A stretch of 64,000 bases of DNA from Chamaesiphon sp. GTDB taxonomy: Bacteria > Cyanobacteriota > Cyanobacteriia > Cyanobacteriales > Chamaesiphonaceae. The DNA is taken from contig CBDFFH010000020.1 in the NCBI GenBank assembly GCA_965246715.1, positions 96,001 to 160,000 of the forward strand, in the 5' to 3' direction. Positions 61,278 to 64,000 of this stretch are shown here, one piece after another (the first letter of the stretch is position 1; the number at the start of each line of letters is the position of its first letter). The translations under genes and the position numbers were made by a program. The notes under the pieces are model-generated. The model had not been told where the DNA came from, did not search any database, and saw only the letters and a program-made list of their open reading frames with translations.

Positions 61278-61301
61278 TCTCGTTCCGAGACGCTTCGCGA
61301 A
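61278..61301 (-). mobile_element. 24-nt double-hairpin micro-element, identical to 60308-60331 in inverted orientation
   Basis: Removal restores RDAIDKTA. Confidence 0.9.
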
Positions 61302-61449
61302 CGACAAAACCGCAGCGAATCGAGATAGCGGCACGAATGATTTGTTGGTGAGTCAAGTGCTACGCATGAATGAGCTACAGGTTTGGTTTCTAGCAGAACA
61401 TTTGGTAGATACACCGCTGGTACACAGCTAGTTTCGATCGTTCAGGATC

Positions 61450-61583
61450 GGCTCTCCAGCAGTTATGGTGATAAGCAAGATTTATTGAAAGGGGGAAAGG
61501 TTAATGGGTAAAGGGTAAAGGGGAAGAAGGCGCGCTCGATTGACATGTAATTTGGCCATTTTCCTCAAAATCGCAGGAGAGCC
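61450..61583. mobile_element. Possible ISL3-derived MITE containing degenerate heptamer repeats
   Basis: Imperfect IR GGCTCTCC..GGAGAGCC; internal GGG(G/T)AA(A/T) repeats; no TSD. Confidence 0.45.
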
Positions 61584-61665
61584 ACCCGCGAACGAGAACT
61601 TAGTAAAAGCTTAATTGTCTGCTATTCCGATTTTTCCATCCATCACGACGAGAGAGGGGATCGAC

Positions 61666-63114
61666 ATGACAACAACGACCGATTTCGATTTTGCTGCCCG
61701 CGAGGCACTACGCCTGCTCGGTTCCGATCCCGAAAACTGGGTACCCGATCGCCCTGGCATCGATCGCAATGTCACGATTATCGGTGGCAGCGGCAGCGGT
61801 AGCACCTTTGGATTTGCGCTGCGGCGTGCTGGGATCGGTCGCGTGACGGAGATCGATGCAGCAGAGGACGAGGCTCATGCTGGCGTGTGGCTGACGCGAG
61901 CGCGGATGAGAACGCTCCGCACGCCGAAACATCTGCCTGGGCCAGAACTAGGCATCCCAGAATTGTCATTTCAAGCCTGGTACGAGGCGCGGCATGGCGC
62001 GGCAGCCTACGCACAGATCGATCGGATCGAGCGAGTGGCTTGGGCTGAGTACCTCAGTTGGTATCGGCATTTCCTGGGTATCCAGGTTCGTTACCGGACG
62101 AAGTTGTTACGGATTGAGCCAGCCACAGGTTTCTTCCGCCTACACCTTGAGGTAAACGGTGCCTCGCAGGTAGAGACTACGCGCAAAATTATCTTCGCCA
62201 ATGGCGTGGCTGGCACGGGTGGTGCATACATACCTCCAGTACTGGCTGACTTACCCCGCACGCTGTACGCCCATACCGCCGATGCCATCGATTTTGAAGC
62301 CCTACGCGGTAAGACTGTGGCGGTGCTGGGTGCGGCGGCTTCCGCTTTCGATGCCGCCGCCGTGGCACTGGAATCGGGAGCCAAGGCAGTACACCTATTT
62401 GTCCGGCGATCGGCGATCGCATCTCTGTCAGTGCTGCGGATTCGGGACTATCCTGGTGCTTACGACAACTATCCCCAACTACCCGATGCAGCCCGCTGGT
62501 TCCAGGCTTGGCAGTTTCATCGAGCGGGCACCGCGCCACCTCCGAATTCGATTAAGCGAGCGATCGCCTTCCCGAACTTTTACATTCACCTATCTGCACC
62601 TTGGAAATCGGTATGGAAAATGGGCGATCGTCTTGCCATCCAGGTGAACGATGATGTTTTCGAGTTTGATTTTGCGATCGCTGGCACTGGTTACTTCGTT
62701 GACCCAACAAAGCGTCCCGAACTCGCCGACTTTGCCCAGCATATTGCCCTCTGGCGCGATCGCTACGAGCCACCAGAAGACTTGCGCGACGATGGTTTGG
62801 GGATGCACCCTTATCTTGGCAGTGCTCACGAATACCAAGAAAAAGTACCTGGCACTGCCCCCTATCTGAAAGACATTCACGTCTTTAATCCTGCTGGTTT
62901 GGTCAGCTTTGGCTTGCCAGTTGGTGACATCCATAGCATCCGCCGCGACGTACCTGCAATCGTATCGCGCATCAGTCACGACTTGTTCTTTCAGGACTGG
63001 GCGCATCATGAGGCAAGGATCGCAGGTGATGTCGCCCCCGATTTTGAGAACTCGCTCTATGCTGCTGCGGTGTGGAAACAATCGATTCGCTGCCGCGACT
63101 CGCTAGGTCGGTAA
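61666..63114 (+). CDS. FAD/NAD(P)-dependent flavin monooxygenase-like oxidoreductase
   Basis: IIGGSGSG, ARMRTLRTPK, VLGAAASAFD, AGTGY. Confidence 0.85.
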   Translation: MTTTTDFDFAAREALRLLGSDPENWVPDRPGIDRNVTIIGGSGSGSTFGFALRRAGIGRVTEIDAAEDEAHAGVWLTRARMRTLRTPKHLPGPELGIPELSFQAWYEARHGAAAYAQIDRIERVAWAEYLSWYRHFLGIQVRYRTKLLRIEPATGFFRLHLEVNGASQVETTRKIIFANGVAGTGGAYIPPVLADLPRTLYAHTADAIDFEALRGKTVAVLGAAASAFDAAAVALESGAKAVHLFVRRSAIASLSVLRIRDYPGAYDNYPQLPDAARWFQAWQFHRAGTAPPPNSIKRAIAFPNFYIHLSAPWKSVWKMGDRLAIQVNDDVFEFDFAIAGTGYFVDPTKRPELADFAQHIALWRDRYEPPEDLRDDGLGMHPYLGSAHEYQEKVPGTAPYLKDIHVFNPAGLVSFGLPVGDIHSIRRDVPAIVSRISHDLFFQDWAHHEARIAGDVAPDFENSLYAAAVWKQSIRCRDSLGR

Positions 63115-63265
63115 CGCTGAGTTGGCAGCAGTTCGGTCGCTTTTTATTCAAGCTGCCGCCCAAATGAAGAAATATCTGCAATAGGTCGCGATCGTTTCTT
63201 GCCTTTTTAAAACAATTTCATGTGGCGCGATCGAGACTAATAAGATTCATTAATAGGAGATTAAT

Positions 63266-63820
63266 ATGAGCTTTACAGAGTCAGAAGCAGATACGCCTGT
63301 TGTTCGATCTGGATGGTTAGTGGCGATCGCGATTTTCACGATCGGATTAGGCATCGTTGCAATTTCATTTCCCTTTTTTGCCACTGTTGCTTCGACCTTA
63401 GTATTTGGTTGGATCTTTATCATTGCTGGAATTGCTCAAATCGTTTATGCCGTTCAATCCAAAGGGGTGGGTCAAGTTGTCTGGAAGCTAATTCTAGGTC
63501 TTCTATATCTCGTGGCAGGAATGTTTGTGCTGGCGAATCCACTTGAAGGTGTGCTTGCCTTCACGTTGGTGTTAGGAATTACTCTTTTTGTCCAAGGCAT
63601 CATTCAAGTGTCGATGGCGTTTCAAACCCGCCGAGTTTCACCGAATTGGGGATGGATGTTGGCGAGCGGCATCGCTGGAATTATTCTGGGGATTTACATT
63701 TGGTCGAATGTTCCAGCTAGTGCGACATGGCTGCTGGGAACCTCGATCGGAGTCAATCTACTGTTCGATGGTACTTGGATGCTGACGCTACATTCAGGAC
63801 AGCGACGCGCTTTACCTTAG
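63266..63820 (+). CDS. HdeD/DUF308 family membrane protein
   Basis: Six TM segments with the repeated DUF308 pattern (G..AI..PF..FGW..GI). Confidence 0.85.
   Translation: MSFTESEADTPVVRSGWLVAIAIFTIGLGIVAISFPFFATVASTLVFGWIFIIAGIAQIVYAVQSKGVGQVVWKLILGLLYLVAGMFVLANPLEGVLAFTLVLGITLFVQGIIQVSMAFQTRRVSPNWGWMLASGIAGIILGIYIWSNVPASATWLLGTSIGVNLLFDGTWMLTLHSGQRRALP

Positions 63821-64000
<180 letters not shown>

Larger units (their letters stand above)
60200..61431 (+). pseudogene. dps: Dps/ferritin-like protein disrupted by four micro-elements and a mini-transposon
   Basis: YKKHHW..FYQLHLLLD..EQ..ID.MGERVQTLGG..DPRHVAE..TNDLL..NELQVWFL, reconstructed after removing the inserts. Confidence 0.9.

Noticed and set aside
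61708..63181. Many overlapping antisense and alternate-frame ORFs (also over the AKR, dnaK and WD40 genes)
   Set aside because: Shadow ORFs of GC-richer real genes.

Overview
This is a cyanobacterial accessory region, with very frequent CGATCG/GCGATCGC HIP1-type sites; a Chamaesiphon-like host is my inference. Most genes are redox/detoxification functions (nitroreductases, SDRs, aldo-keto reductase, GMC oxidoreductases, GST, catalase-like, Dps, DJ-1/PfpI, SBP56). Regulators include three AraC proteins, HxlR, an ECF41 sigma factor with its consensus promoter, a giant Ser/Thr-His hybrid kinase plus NarL-type regulator, and an HTH-NB-ARC-WD40 STAND protein; there is also a dnaK-cbpA-cbpM operon and MazF-type TA genes. 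Mobile DNA is dense: an ISL3, an IS701-like element, an IS fragment, MITEs, a 539-bp Tn7-like non-autonomous element, and at least 11 copies of a 24-25 nt double-hairpin element inserted precisely at CG^ATCG. The two most interesting signals are that micro-element family, which conserves structure rather than sequence, and a roughly 500-600 nt strand-specifically structured non-coding region upstream of two orphan genes (about 20.45-22.47 kb), a candidate ncRNA-protein system. No rRNA, tRNA or CRISPR array was seen. All calls are by eye; no searches were run.
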